Origin: Macrostomum lignano
Taxonomy: Eukaryota
Direction: 5' to 3'
Length of the DNA: 64,000 nucleotides
NCBI GenBank assembly: GCA_002269645.1
Contig: NIVC01003692.1
Span: 18,574-82,573 of the forward strand
Numbering within the stretch: the stretch's first letter is position 1; each line of letters starts with the position of its first letter. The notes below the pieces were generated by a model. It did no database searches. It had not been told where the DNA came from and was given only the letters and a program-made list of their open reading frames with translations. A program made the translations under genes and the position numbers. Shown piece by piece: positions 50,401 through 63,355 of this stretch.

Positions 50401-53400
50401 CCCATAAACTTCCCCAATCCCATAAACTTCCCCAATGTCTAAACTTCCCCAATCCCATAAACTTCCCAATCCCATAAACTTCCCCAATCCCATAAACTTC
50501 CCCAATGTCTAAACTTCCCCAATCTCTAAACTTCCCCAATCCCATAAACTTCCCCAATCCCATAAACTTCCCCAATCCCATAAACTTCCCCAATCCCATA
50601 AACTTCCCCAATCTCTAAACTTCCCCAATCCCATAAACTCCCCCAATCCATAAACTTCCCCAATGTCTAAACTTCCCCAATCCCATAAACTTCCCCAATG
50701 TATAAACTTCCCCAATCCCATAAACTTCCCCAATCCCATAAACTTCCCCAATCCCATAAACTTTCCCAATCCCATAAACTTCCCTAATGTCTAAACTTCC
50801 CCAATCCCATAAACTTCCCCAATGTATAAACTTCCCCAATCCCATAAACTTCCCCAATCCCATAAACTCCCCCAATCCATAAACTTCCCCAATGTCTAAA
50901 CTTCCCCAATCCCATAAACTTCCCCAATCTCATAAACTTCTCCAATCCCATAAACTCCCCAATCCATAAACTTCCCCAATGTCTAAACTTCCCCAATCCC
51001 ATAAACTTTCCCAATCCATAAACTTCCCCAATCCCATAAACTTCCCCAATCCCATAAACTTCCCTAATGTCTAAGCTTCTCCAATCCCATAAATTTCCCC
51101 AATCCCATAAACTTCCCCAATGTCTAAACTTCCCCAATCCCATAAACTTCCCAATCCCATAAACTTCCCCAATCCCATAAACTTCCCCAATGTCTAAACT
51201 TCCCCAATCTCTAAACTTCCCCAATCCCATAAACTTCCCCAATCCCATAAACGTCCCCAATCTCTAAACTTCCCCAATCCCATAAACTTCCCCAATCCCA
51301 TAAACTCCCCCAATCCATAAACTTCCCCAATGTCTAAACTTCCCCAATCCCATAAACTTCCCCAATGTATAAACTTCCCCAATCCCATAAACTTCCCCAA
51401 TCCCATAAACTTTCCCAATCCCATAAACTTCCCTAATGTCTAAACTTCCCCAATCCCATAAACTTTCCCAATCCCATAAACTTCCCTAATGTCTAAACTT
51501 CCCCAATCCCATAAACTTCCCCAATGTATAAACTTCCCCAATCCCATAAACTTCCCCAATCCCATAAACTCCCCCAATCCATAAACTTCCCCAATGTCTA
51601 AACTTCCCCAATCCCATAAACTTCCCCAATCTCATAAACTTCTCCAATCCCATAAACTCCCCAATCCATAAACTTCCCCAATGTCTAAACTTCCCCAATC
51701 CCATAAACTTCCCCAATCCCATAAACTTCCCCAATCCCATAAACTTCCCCAATGTCTAAACTTCCCCAATCCCATAAACTTCCCAATCCCATAAACTTCC
51801 CCAATCCCATAAACTTCCCCAATGTCTAAACTTCCCCAATCTCTAAACTTCCCCAATCCCATAAACTTCCCCAATCCCATAAACTTCCCCAATCCCATAA
51901 ACTTCCCCAATCCCATAAACTTCCCCAATCCCATAAACTTCCCCAATCTCTAAACTTCCCCAATTCCATAAACTTCCCCAATCCCATAAACTCCCCCAAT
52001 CCATAAACTTCCCCAATGTCTAAACTTCCCCAATCCCATAAACTTCCCCAATGTATAAACTTCCCCAATCCCATAAACTTCCCCAATCCCATAAACTCCC
52101 CCAATCCATAAACTTCCCCAATGTCTAAACTTCCCCAATCCCATAAACTTCCCCAATGTCTAAACTTCCCCAATCCCATAAACTTCCCCAATCCCATAAA
52201 CTTCCCCAATCCCATAAACTTCCCCAATCCCATAAACTTCCCCAATCCCATAAACTTCCCCAATCTCTAAACTTCCCCAATCCCATAAACTTCCCCAATC
52301 CCATAAACTCCCCAATCCATAAACTTCCCCAATGTCTAAACTTCCCCAATCCCATAAACTTCCCCAATGTATAAACTTCCCCAATCCCATAAACTTCCCC
52401 AATCCCATAAACTTCCCCAATCCCATAAACTTTCCCAATCCCATAAACTTCCCTAATGTCTAAACTTCCCCAATCCCATAAACTTCCCCAATGTATAAAC
52501 TTCCCCAATCCCATAAACTTCCCTAATGTCTAAGCTTCTCCAATCCCATAAATTTCCCCAATCCCATAAACTTCCCCAATGTCTAAACTTCCCCAATCCC
52601 ATAAACTTCCCAATCCCATAAACTTCCCCAATCCCATAAACTTCCCCAATGTCTAAACTTCCCCAATCTCTAAACTTCCCCAATCCCATAAACTTCCCCA
52701 ATCCCATAAACGTCCCCAATCTCTAAACTTCCCCAATCCCATAAACTTCCCCAATCCCATAAACTCCCCCAATCCATAAACTTCCCCAATGTCTAAACTT
52801 CCCCAATCCCATAAACTTCCCCAATGTATAAACTTCCCCAATCCCATAAACTTCCCCAATCCCATAAACTTTCCCAATCCCATAAACTTCCCTAATGTCT
52901 AAACTTCCCCAATCCCATAAACTTTCCCAATCCCATAAACTTCCCTAATGTCTAAACTTCCCCAATCCCATAAACTTCCCCAATGTATAAACTTCCCCAA
53001 TCCCATAAACTTCCCCAATCCCATAAACTCCCCCAATCCATAAACTTCCCCAATGTCTAAACTTCCCCAATCCCATAAACTTCCCCAATCTCATAAACTT
53101 CTCCAATCCCATAAACTCCCCAATCCATAAACTTCCCCAATGTCTAAACTTCCCCAATCCCATAAACTTCCCCAATCCCATAAACTTCCCCAATCCCATA
53201 AACTTCCCCAATGTCTAAACTTCCCCAATCCCATAAACTTCCCAATCCCATAAACTTCCCCAATCCCATAAACTTCCCCAATGTCTAAACTTCCCCAATC
53301 TCTAAACTTCCCCAATCCCATAAACTTCCCCAATCCCATAAACTTCCCCAATCCCATAAACTTCCCCAATCCCATAAACTTCCCCAATCCCATAAACTTC

Positions 53401-55150
53401 CCCAATCTCTAAACTTCCCCAATTCCATAAACTCCCCAATCCATAAACTTCCCCAATGTCTAAACTTCCCCAATCCCATAAACTTCCCCAATGTATAAAC
53501 TTCCCCAATCCCATAAACTTCCCCAATCCCATAAACTTTCCCAATCCCATAAACTTCCCTAATGTCTAAACTTCCCCAATCCCATAAACTTCCCCAATGT
53601 ATAAACTTCCCCAATCCCATAAACTTCCCCAATCCCATAAACTCCCCCAATCCATAAACTTCCCCAATGTCTAAACTTCCCCAATCCCATAAACTTCCCC
53701 AATCTCATAAACTTCTCCAATCCCATAAACTCCCCCAATCCATAAACTTCCCCAATGTCTAAACTTCCCCAATCCCATAAACTTCCCCAATCCCATAAAC
53801 TTCCCCAATCCCATAAACTTCCCCAATCTCTAAACTTCCCCAATCCCATAAACTTCCCCAATCCCATAAACTCCCCCAATCCATAAACTTCCCCAATGTC
53901 TAAACTTCCCCAATCCCATAAACTTCCCCAATGTATAAACTTCCCCAATCCCATAAACTTCCCCAATCCCATAAACTTTCCCAATCCCATAAACTTCCCT
54001 AATGTCTAAACTTCCTCAATCCCATAAACTTCCCCAATGTATAAACTTCCCCAATCCCATAAACTTCCCCAATCCCATAAACTCCCCCAATCCATAAACT
54101 TCCCCAATGTCTAAACTTCCCCAATCCCATAAACTTCCCCAATCTCATAAACTTCTCCAATCCCATAAACTCCCCCAATCCATAAACTTCCCCAATGTCT
54201 AAACTTCCCCAATCCCATAAACTTCCCCAATCCCATAAACTTCCCCAATCCCATAAACTTCCCCAATCCCATAAACTTCCCCAATGTCTAAACTTCCCCA
54301 ATCCCATAAACTTCCCAATCCCATAAACTTCCCCAATCCCATAAACTTCCACAATGTCTAAACTTCCCCAATCTCTAAACTTCCCCAATCCCATAAACTT
54401 CCCCAATCCCATAAACTTCCCCAATCCCATAAACTTCCCCAATCCCATAAACTTCCCCAATCCCATAAACTTCCCCAATCTCTAAACTTCCCCAATCCCA
54501 TAAACTTCCCCAATCCCATAAACTCCCCCAATCCATAAACTTCCCCAATGTCTAAACTTCCCCAATCCCATAAACTTCCCCAATGTATAAACTTCCCCAA
54601 TCCCATAAACTTCCCCAATCCCATAAACTTCCCCAATCCCATAAACTTTCCCAATCCCATAAACTTCCCTAATGTCTAAACTTCCCCAATCCCATAAACT
54701 TCCCCAATGTATAAACTTCCCCAATCCCATAAACTTCCCCAATCCCATAAACTCCCCCAATCCATAAACTTCCCCAATGTCTAAACTTCCCCAATCCCAT
54801 AAACTTCCCCAATCTCATAAACTTCTCCAATCCCATAAACTCCCCCAATCCATAAACTTCCCCAATGTCTAAACTTCCCCAATCCCATAAACTTCCCCAA
54901 TCCCATAAACTTCCCCAATCCCATAAACTTCCCCAATCTCATAAACTTCCCCAATCCTATAAACTTCCCCAATGTCTAAACTTCCCCAATCCCATAAACT
55001 TCCCCAATCTCTAAACTTCCCCAATCCTTAAACTTCCCCAATCTCTAAACTTCCCTAACCCCCTAAACTTCCCCAACCCCCTAAACTTCCCCAGCCCCCT
55101 AAACTTCCCCATCCCAAAAATTCCCAATACATAAAATTTCCCAACTCATA
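47500..55150. repeat. 7.6 kb satellite of 18-bp units (CCCATAAACTTCCCCAAT)n with higher-order structure
   Basis: Direct reading; identical spurious ORFs recur at a 1459-bp offset. Confidence 0.98.
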
Positions 55151-55300
55151 AACTTCCAAAATATCTATATTTCGTAATCCATAAAATTCCCGATTTTTAA
55201 AACTTCCAAATTATGAACACTCCAAATCCAAACTCCAAATCCAAACATAATCAAGCATTTATTATAAAACTCAATTATCTTGCATGACGCCAGATCGGCC

Positions 55301-58300
55301 ATGGCCTCCGCTCTGCCCAACACTTTTCGCCGGCTCGTGGCGACTAAACTGACGCACAATTTCCGCGAGGCAGTTGAAATCATCAACTGTGAGCTGAAGC
55401 CACCGACTGCTGGCCAGGTTCTCATTAAGACTAAGTGAGTTGCTTCGCCTCCCTGCTCCAGCATTCACCTTCTCTTCATTATTCACCCATGCTAATTCAG
55501 CCTCTCCCTGATTCACCCTCCCTCCCTGATTCACCCTCCCTCCCTGATTCACCATCCCTCCCTGATTCACCATCCCTCCCTGACATCCCTCCCTGATTCA
55601 CCATCCCTCCCTGATTCACCATCCCTCCCTGATTCACCATCCCTCCCTGATTCACCATCCCTCCCTGACTCACCCTCCCTCCCTGATTCACCCTCCCTCA
55701 CTCCCTGATTCACCCTCCCTCACTCCCTGATTCACCATCCCTCCCTTATTCACCCTCACTCACTCCCTGATTCACCATCACTCCCTGATTCACCATCCCT
55801 CCCTGATTCACCATCACTCCCTGATTCACCATCACTCACTCCCTGATTTACCATCCCTCCCTGATTCACCCTCCATCCCTCTTGGATTCACCCTCACTCC
55901 CTGATTCACCGTATCCCGGATTCACCTCCCGCAAGATACGCCGGCGTGAACGCATCCGACATCAACTTCACGGCCGGCCGCTACAAGCACGCCAGCAAGC
56001 CGCCAATCCTGCTTGGCTTCGAAGGCGTCGGCCGCGTTGTACAGGTGGGCCCGGGCGTTGGCGACGGACTGAAAGTCGGCCAGCCTGTGGCCTACCTGGC
56101 TGACGGGTCGTTCTCCGAGTACCAGTGCTTGTCGGCTGGCTCCGTGTTCCCCGTGCCATCGATCAGGCCGGAGTTTGTCAGCCTGCTGGTCAGCGGCCTC
56201 ACTGCCGAGCTGGCGTTGGAGAAAGTCGGCCAGCCAAGCGCCGGCGAGACCGTGCTGGTCACCGGCGCGGCCGGGGGCACCGGGCAGTTCGCTGTGCAGC
56301 TGGCCAAGCTGCGGGGCTGCCGGGTGCTGGGCACCTGCTCGGGCGAGGCCAAGGCTCGCCTACTCACCGCGCTGGGCTGCGATCGGCCCATAGACTACAC
56401 GAAGGAGAAGGTGGGGACGGTTAGGTTGGTTGGAGATCTGGGGTAGCCTATGGTGCTCCTGGTGTCAGGACTTGAGAGGGTTAGAGTGAGACTAGGGGGT
56501 GAGGGTGAGACTTGGGAGATGTGAAAGTGAGACTTGGGAGATGTGAAAGTGAGACTAGGGGGAGGTGAGAGTGACTCTTGGAAGAGTTGAGAGTGAGTCT
56601 ACGGAGAGGTGAGAGTGAGACTAGGAAGAGGTGAGAGTGTGACTAGGAAGAGGTGTGAGTGAGTCTAGGGGTGAGAGTGAGACTGGAGGATGAGAGTGAG
56701 ACTAGGAAGAGGTGAGGGTGAGACTATTAAGAGGTGAGAGTGAGTATAGGAAGAGGTGAGAATGAGACTAGGAAGAGGTGAGAGTGAGACTAGGAAGAGG
56801 TGAGAGTAAGTCTAGGAGTGAGAGTGAGTCTAGGGAGAGGTGAGAGTGAGACTAGGGAGAGGTCAGGGTGACCGCGCTCCAGTAACTTTTTTCCCTGACT
56901 AAACTAAATTTTCCCTGACACACTAAAAGTAATAGAAGAAGCTCAGTGATAGTTGTGCACAATAATTTTATTGCAACAAACTGTTGCGCATTAAAAAGTC
57001 AGCAATGTTGAAATTTATTTAATTTGAATTGAAGTTGAAACAGCGCATGTATTGGCAATTTGTTTGAATTATAATGAAAAATTAATGCACCGGAAACTGA
57101 CCACAAAAAACGTAGTGTTTGATAAAAAATCGCATGAAAAATATCAAGTACTAACTTTTATTGTATGTGGCACACAGTAAAACAAAGTTAAGAGATGTAG
57201 CACTGTAGTTAAAATTGAGTTCAATGAGGAATCGTACCTTCAAGTGCTACAATCTCTTTCTCTACCTTCTCCACTTCTTCCTTTTTCTGTTGTGCAGCAC
57301 GACGCAGTGCATTTGACTTCATGAGTAGGCTCATGTTTGAATCCGTCTCACATTGGTACACGAGGCTATCCGCATCTTTGGTGAGAACTGCAACATCAAG
57401 CAGGAGCTTCTTTCGAGCTCCAGCACCGTTGCATCCTTCCTTTTCCTTGATTCCTCGTATTTCCGATGAGACGCTTCTGCTCGCTGCTGCTCCAACATGG
57501 CCCTGTACCTACTCCTGGCACTTCTCACACTCTTCAACATCTCCTCGGTAACTTTCGCGATGATTTCAGCGGCAGTCTTTCCCTTTTGCCACTCGTACAC
57601 AAGTCGGAGAGAACGAATGTTCAATCCCTGAAGATTTGGTTCTAGGCACTCTTTGTTGACACTGAAGCCGCGCTCAACAGCAGCATTCCCATGGAAGGTT
57701 GTCAGAACCATCTTCACAATGATCTGCAAATTATTGGTACTCGTTGAATCAGTGAAGAGGGAAGCAAAGAGGACATCAAGTCGGTCTGACTTATAGTCGA
57801 ATTGAGACAGCTGAAATCGATGCTCACGAACTGTAACAGTTCGAAACTGGGTGAACTCGGACTTTGCAGCGTCAGCTTCCTGTGCAGTGATGCGTCCCTT
57901 AGTGTAGGCTTCCAGGACAAGCGCATCAAAATCCGCTTGAGCCGGTGATGAGGATGGTGGGTCACTATCCAATTCTGCCACCAGCACAGAAGGCTGCAAG
58001 CAACGAGATCCACGAACAAATGGATAGTTTAGTACGCATCTCTTCAGAAGATGCTTTGCTGTAGCGGTAACAAATGACTTGACATCCTTTCGAAAGCCAA
58101 GAATCTGGAGCTCGCTGACACCAGACTTCTGCAGGAGTGCCTGGGCAGCTGTACCAACATTAGTTAAACCAGCAGGCAGAAAATTGGCCTCGTCCTCGAA
58201 GACACCAGCTTGGTGAATAGCAAACTGTGATACAGTTGACAACAGCTTCAGAGCGGGAGGCTTCAAGACTGTATGAAGCAGGCCTACAAACAGTGCATGC

Positions 58301-61300
58301 ACTCGGTCTGCCATGAAGGGCAGAATTGGTGACTCAGTTTGAAATTCTGTCAAAAAGTCGTTGAAAGGCTTGGCAATAAATAAAAAAATGCAAACCTTGC
58401 CGCTTGCAATGGCCTTTTCGTGCAAGACTGCAGGAGCTCAAAGTGGCGGTTGCCACTGACTTGTGCTTTCATTGCCTTATTCTGTGAAGCAGTTTGTACA
58501 TAGGTACATAAGTCGGGCCAAATGGCAAGTGCACGCTCAGCAACAGGGACATTTTCTAGCCAACGACAGGCACAGAACTTGAGAGGGAACACACGTGTAC
58601 CTGTGGCCTCAATGAAGTCATTGCGACGTGCAGGCGCATCTTTGAACAGGTAGTACAAGGAGCTCAAAAGAGCTTCAATGTCCCAACCACTGGCTAAGAC
58701 ACCCTGATTAAATGCTCTGTGGACTCGATGTAGACTGCAGGATCCGCAGTGAATGATCTTTGCATCTGTAGCACTACTACTAGCAACATAGGCATCCAGT
58801 AGCTTGTGAAAGGCCCAGTTGACATTAGGTCCATCCATGCCCACTTGCAATAGCTTGCTGGCAGAGATGCCATTGAAAGATGCTAGGAAAGACTCCAAGA
58901 GATTGGCTGCAGTGCATGAATGAATAAATTGAGAATCGAAGTAAAATGTCTTTACTGGAGGCTCAGTTGAGTCTTCTTCCTCAGTCCAGACACGAACATG
59001 AATGTCCATTTGCGATTGCTGCATGATTTTGTTTAAACTCTCGTCAAAGCTAACAGAAAAGAACCGTTGGTTATTCAAAATAGTTGTTAGTTGCTCCTTT
59101 AGGAATGGTGCCAATCCGAAGTTAATTATGTATCGGACTTTGTCGTAGCCAAGGGACATTTCCTTTGCAATGGCACTGTCGGTAAACATGGCTTTGAATC
59201 GATCAGTAATTCCAGCTGCTGAGCGAAATGAAAAGTGCTCGTCTACCATGTAAAAAACCCACAGTAGCTCAGCTTGCTCAGCACTGTTCTTTAAACCTTT
59301 TACTACTTCGTCATTTGTAGCAGCAACTGCAGCAACAGTACCGCCACTAGTAGTGCTGCCCGATGGCATACAGAATGCTCGGATACTTGATGTTGTTGCA
59401 ACGGCACTCATCCGATTTAGATGAGTTTTTCCTTTAGCATGGGAAGTTAAGGCCGTCTTTCCCATATTGGAAAGTTCGACTTTCTTTTCGCAGCTTTTGC
59501 AGTAAGCTGCATTTCGATTGCCCGAGTAGGAAGTCACCCAGGAGAATTCCTCTTCCCACTTCTTGTCATAGTAAGTTGTTTTTTTTTTAGTGGAACTCAT
59601 AAGGCTGGAACTGGAAGGAGTTAGTAGTAAGGTGTACATAAAAATAAAATAATTATATATGTAACATTAGCAAGCTATTTAGTATTTACACCAACTTAAC
59701 TTTTTTAACTTTTTTAACTTTTATACTATAATATTATAAGTCTAATATAAACCTAAATGCTATATAAATTTATACAAAAGAATAACAATAAATAGTGATT
59801 AAAACAAAATATACACCTTTCTATTAATGGCCTGGTTAATATATTATCATAGTATGGACTATATATTTTACTGTCAGTGTGATTAGCACAGCAATTATAG
59901 ATTAGCAATATGTAGGCCTACAAGCCCATAAATTATTCATTTAAGAACAAGTATCTGCCAATTTCAAATACCAGCTTTTAAAAAACAAAAATACATGGAA
60001 CAAACAAAACAGATTTACTATTCGAGCTACTTAGTGCTATCGATTAGCCTCTTTCTTGTCTCACAATTTTTTTCTTCAATTTTCTAATTTACTTTCAAAT
60101 TTTCCCTGACTTCCTAAGAATTTCCCTGACTTTCCAGACCACCTTTTTTTCCCTGACTTTCCCTGACTTTCCCTGACCGCGGTCACTCTGGAGGTGTAAG
60201 TGAGTCTAGGGAGAGGTGAGAGTGAGACTAGAAGAGGTGAGGGTGAGACTAGGAAGAGGTGAGATTGAGACTAGGAAGAGGTGAGAGTAAGTCTAGGGGT
60301 GAGAGTGAGTCTAGGGGTGAGACTGAGACTAGGAAGAGGTGAGAGTAAGTCTACGGGTGAGAGTGAGTCTAGGGGTGATAATGAGGCTGGCGTGTGATTA
60401 AGGGTATGTATTAAATATGTATTGATAATATAAAGCTACAAAATTGCGAATAATTCAGACCCGCAAACGTCTGTATTCCTTAGCTCGATGAGGTGCTGAA
60501 ACGCGAGTGCCCGCGTGGCGTCAACGTCGTGTACGAAGGCGTCGGCGGCAAGATGTTCGACACGGCAGTGGACGCTCTGGCTACACACGGCCGGCTGATT
60601 GTGATCGGGTTCATCCAGGGCTACCAGACCGACCAGGGCATGCCGAGGTCGCAGTACCTGGCCACCCTGCCCGCCCGGCTGCTGGTTAAGTCCGCCAGCG
60701 TGCGGGGGTTCTTTTTGTTTAACTTTTTTAGCGAACTTCGACCGGCCTTTGACAAGCTGGTGAAGCTGCTGGAGGCTGGGCAGCTGCGGGCCGCCGTAGA
60801 CATGGGCAGGGCGGCTGGCGGCAGCGGCTTCCAGGGACTCGAGGCCGTGCCGGATGCCGTGCAGGTGAGTAAGGGTAGAGTGCCGGGGTGAGAGTAGAGT
60901 GCCGCGAACAGTGGTGGGACTGAGGCGCGAATTCGCGCCTGGCGCGAATTTCAGTAAAGATGGCGCGAATACGCGATTTTTCAGGTGTGGCGCGGATTTT
61001 GAGGCGTGAATGGCGCGGATTTTGAGGCGTGAATGGCGCGGATTTTGAGGCGTGAATGGCGCGGATTTATATTTAGTGTGTGCGGTTTATGCTGCAACTT
61101 CATTTTCTTTCAAGTGTGGCTCTGGGCTTGTATCGAGCAAGATGTATGAACGGTTGCATTCTTAGCTTCCCTACAGAAAATAAATATAACTCCACTAGCT
61201 CTGTTTTTTGCACAAAATATAGTGTGGTGACTCGCTAGGAGGTAACTACGAGGTAGGTAGGCATATGTAGAGACGGGAGGAAGGCTTCTAGCATAGATCT

Positions 61301-63355
61301 TAAAGCTTTGTTGAATCCTTTCAGCGGCGCTCTGCGCCAAGTTAGACGCTATTGCTTGCTAACAGGCCGGCCATGTCAATGGCCCGCCGCGCTGTGGTAC
61401 TACGTCCGGTCCCGCTCGAGGTGCCAGCATCCAGCTGAAGATCCCGATTGTCGCTGACATCGGACATCTGAAGGTCATCCGTAGTTCACCTGAACTCGTA
61501 GCCTGAAGAACCTGAAGAGTCTGAAGATCACTTGAAGGGCCTGAAGTATGCCTGAAGATCACTTGAAGGCCTGAAGTATGCCTGAAGTTCACCTGAAGAT
61601 TGCCTGACTAATTCGGAATCTATGGACTTAGGGACCTTCAATCTACGACGTTAGAAGAATTGACCAGAGTATTAATGACGGAATTGCAACGTGTCTATGA
61701 CACCTAAACCTCTCTGCATTGTCTCTAGAGGTTATTCATTTATTAACTTTTATTAGGATTGTGACAGAGCAGCTCTTGAAGAATTGTGTCTAGCAATCTT
61801 AATTGGTGGCAGCTACTACCGCTCTTTGATTGATAGCAGTGATCAGTAAGTGAGACCTAGTGGGTAAGTTCGGACACCAGTGAGCCTTAGACATCAGCCA
61901 TGTACCACTGCTCAGAGTAGGGCAACAGTCAGAGAGACCATCTCGGGGAACAGTAGAGTGGGAATTAATAAACCCTACGGAGCAGAGCATCTCATTGGAG
62001 ACAGTCGTTGGATTGAAGCCGACCAGACCAGAGTCATAACAATAGTATCAAGTAGTATGCACCATAGTTAATAGTAATAATCCAAAACCATAGCTATCTT
62101 GGTCAATGACTAGACTACATTCCCGAAGATGTTCTAGGACTGTGGCAGTGGCACAGTAGTTTGACGCTTTAAGCGACCTCTACGGACCATCTGTATTGTA
62201 CACAAGTTTATAGCCTATAGGGATGCGGGCCATGCGGCTCTTTTGTATCAGGAGTCGTACTGTAGATTCTAACAGTAATTCCTAGATTGTAGAGCGTAGG
62301 CACAGACAGGCTTTAATATCGCTTTACGATCTTACGGGCAGGAAATTTCGGACGGCGCGAATATTTTTTAATGGCGCGAAAAAAATGGTTGCCTCTCAGT
62401 CCCACCACTGGCCGCGAAGTGAGGGTAGAGTGCCGCGAAGTGAGGGTAGAGTGCCGCGAAGTGAGGGTAGAGTGCCGGGGTGAGAGTAGAGTGCCGCGAA
62501 GTGAGGGTAGAGTGCCGGGGTGAGAGTAGAGTGCCGCGAAGTGAGGGTAGAGTGCCGGGAAGTGAGGGTAGAGTGCCGGGGTGAGAGTAGAGTGCCGCGA
62601 AGTGAGGGTAGAGTGCCGGGGAGTGAGGGTAGAGTGCCGGGGAGTGAGGGTAGAGTGCCGGGAGTGAGGTAGAGTGCCGCGAAGTGAGGGTAGAGTGCCG
62701 GGGAGTGAGGGTAGAGTGCCGGGAGTGAGGGTAGAGTGCCGGGAAGTGAGGGTAGAGTGCCGGGGTAGTGAGGGTAGAGTGCCGGGGAGTGAGGGTAGAG
62801 TGCCGGGGAGTAAGGTAGAGTGCCGGGGAGTAAGGGTAGAGTGCCGGGGAGTAAGGGTAGAGTGCCGGGGAGTAAGGGTAGAGTGCCGGGGAGTAAGGGT
62901 AGAGTGCCGGAGGGTGAGGGTAGTAGCGTGCCGGGGAGTGAGGGTAGAGTGCCGGGGAGTGAGGGTAGAGTGCCAGGGAGTGAGGGTAGAGTGCCGGGGA
63001 GTGAGGGTAGAGTGTCGGCGAGTGAGGGTAGAGGGTAGACCGGAGCGAGGGTAGAGAGGTAGGAGAGAGGGTAGAGGGTAAGAGAGAGAGGGTAGAGCTG
63101 GGTATGAGAGAGAGGGTAGAGGGGAGAGGGTAGAGGGAGAGGGTAGAGGGGTAGTGGAGAGGGTAGAGGGGTAGGGTAGGTTTGCTGGGACACAAACAGA
63201 GGGGTTATTTATGCTGAATGATATTATATCTCATGTGTAAGGAAAGTTTCCAATTCGAAAATTTAATTTCCTTATTCAACCTTCAGCATCTCTACTCCAA
63301 GAGCAGCCTGGGCAAGATTGTGGTAGACCTGGACCCGGATGAAGCGAAGCTGTGA
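55301..63355 (+). CDS. PTGR3: Prostaglandin reductase 3 / ZADH2 (MDR-family NADPH oxidoreductase), 4 exons, C-terminal PTS1 AKL
   Basis: Exons 55301-55434, 55936-56410, 60484-60864 and 63287-63355; phases 2,0,0. Motifs YAGVNASDINFTAGRY, GFEGVG, VLVTGAAGGTGQFAVQLAK, GVNVVYEGVGG, GRLIVIGFI and GKIVV, ending EAKL*. Confidence 0.92.
55495..55930. repeat. About 18-bp minisatellite (CCCTGATTCACCATCCCT)n in PTGR3 intron 1
   Basis: Direct reading. Confidence 0.93.
56864..60190 (-). mobile_element. hAT-superfamily transposon with 5-bp TSD (hAT5-like), 3327 bp
   Basis: TIRs CAGGGTGACCGCG and CAGAGTGACCGCG; TSD GAGGT at 56859-56863 and 60191-60195; subterminal TTTCCCTGAC repeats at both ends. Confidence 0.88.
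57221..59600 (-). CDS. hAT transposase with an N-terminal C2H2/BED-like finger; two 1-nt deletions in homopolymer runs
   Basis: ATG at 59600. Motifs YCKSC..SH..GKTH, SFDESLN (D), MDGPNVN (D), CSLHRVH, RWLEN and NAAVERGFS (E). One missing base in the A7 run at about 58382-58388 and one at about 57410 restore a single ORF ending ..KSNALRRAAQQKKEE..IPH* at 57221. Confidence 0.8.
60909..62410. mobile_element. Non-autonomous hAT element, 1502 bp, in PTGR3 intron 3
   Basis: Perfect 16-bp TIR CAGTGGTGGGACTGAG; perfect 8-bp TSD GCCGCGAA at 60901-60908 and 62411-62418; subterminal GGCGCGRATTT repeats; no transposase. Confidence 0.93.
62411..63180. repeat. 21-22-bp G-rich minisatellite (GAGTGAGGGTAGAGTGCCGGG)n, continuing from 60870-60908
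   Basis: Direct reading. Confidence 0.93.

Larger units (their letters stand above)
56500..60385. repeat. About 22-bp minisatellite (GAGGTGAGAGTGAGACTAGGAA)n in PTGR3 intron 2, split by the hAT element
   Basis: Arrays at about 56500-56863 and 60191-60385. Confidence 0.88.

Noticed and set aside
47500-55000. Dozens of MGLGKF/WDWGSL ORFs
   Set aside because: Translations of the 18-bp satellite; there is no unique coding sequence.
55268-55286. ACTCAATTATCTTGCATG loosely recalls a flatworm spliced-leader 3' end
   Set aside because: Short and imperfect, with no following donor or Sm site; likely chance.
61760-62340. Possible solo LTR starting TGTGACAG inside the hAT cargo
   Set aside because: No matching CA end with a TSD found.
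62368-63195. LYPHSPA/LPGTLPS ORFs
   Set aside because: Minisatellite translation in PTGR3 intron 3.
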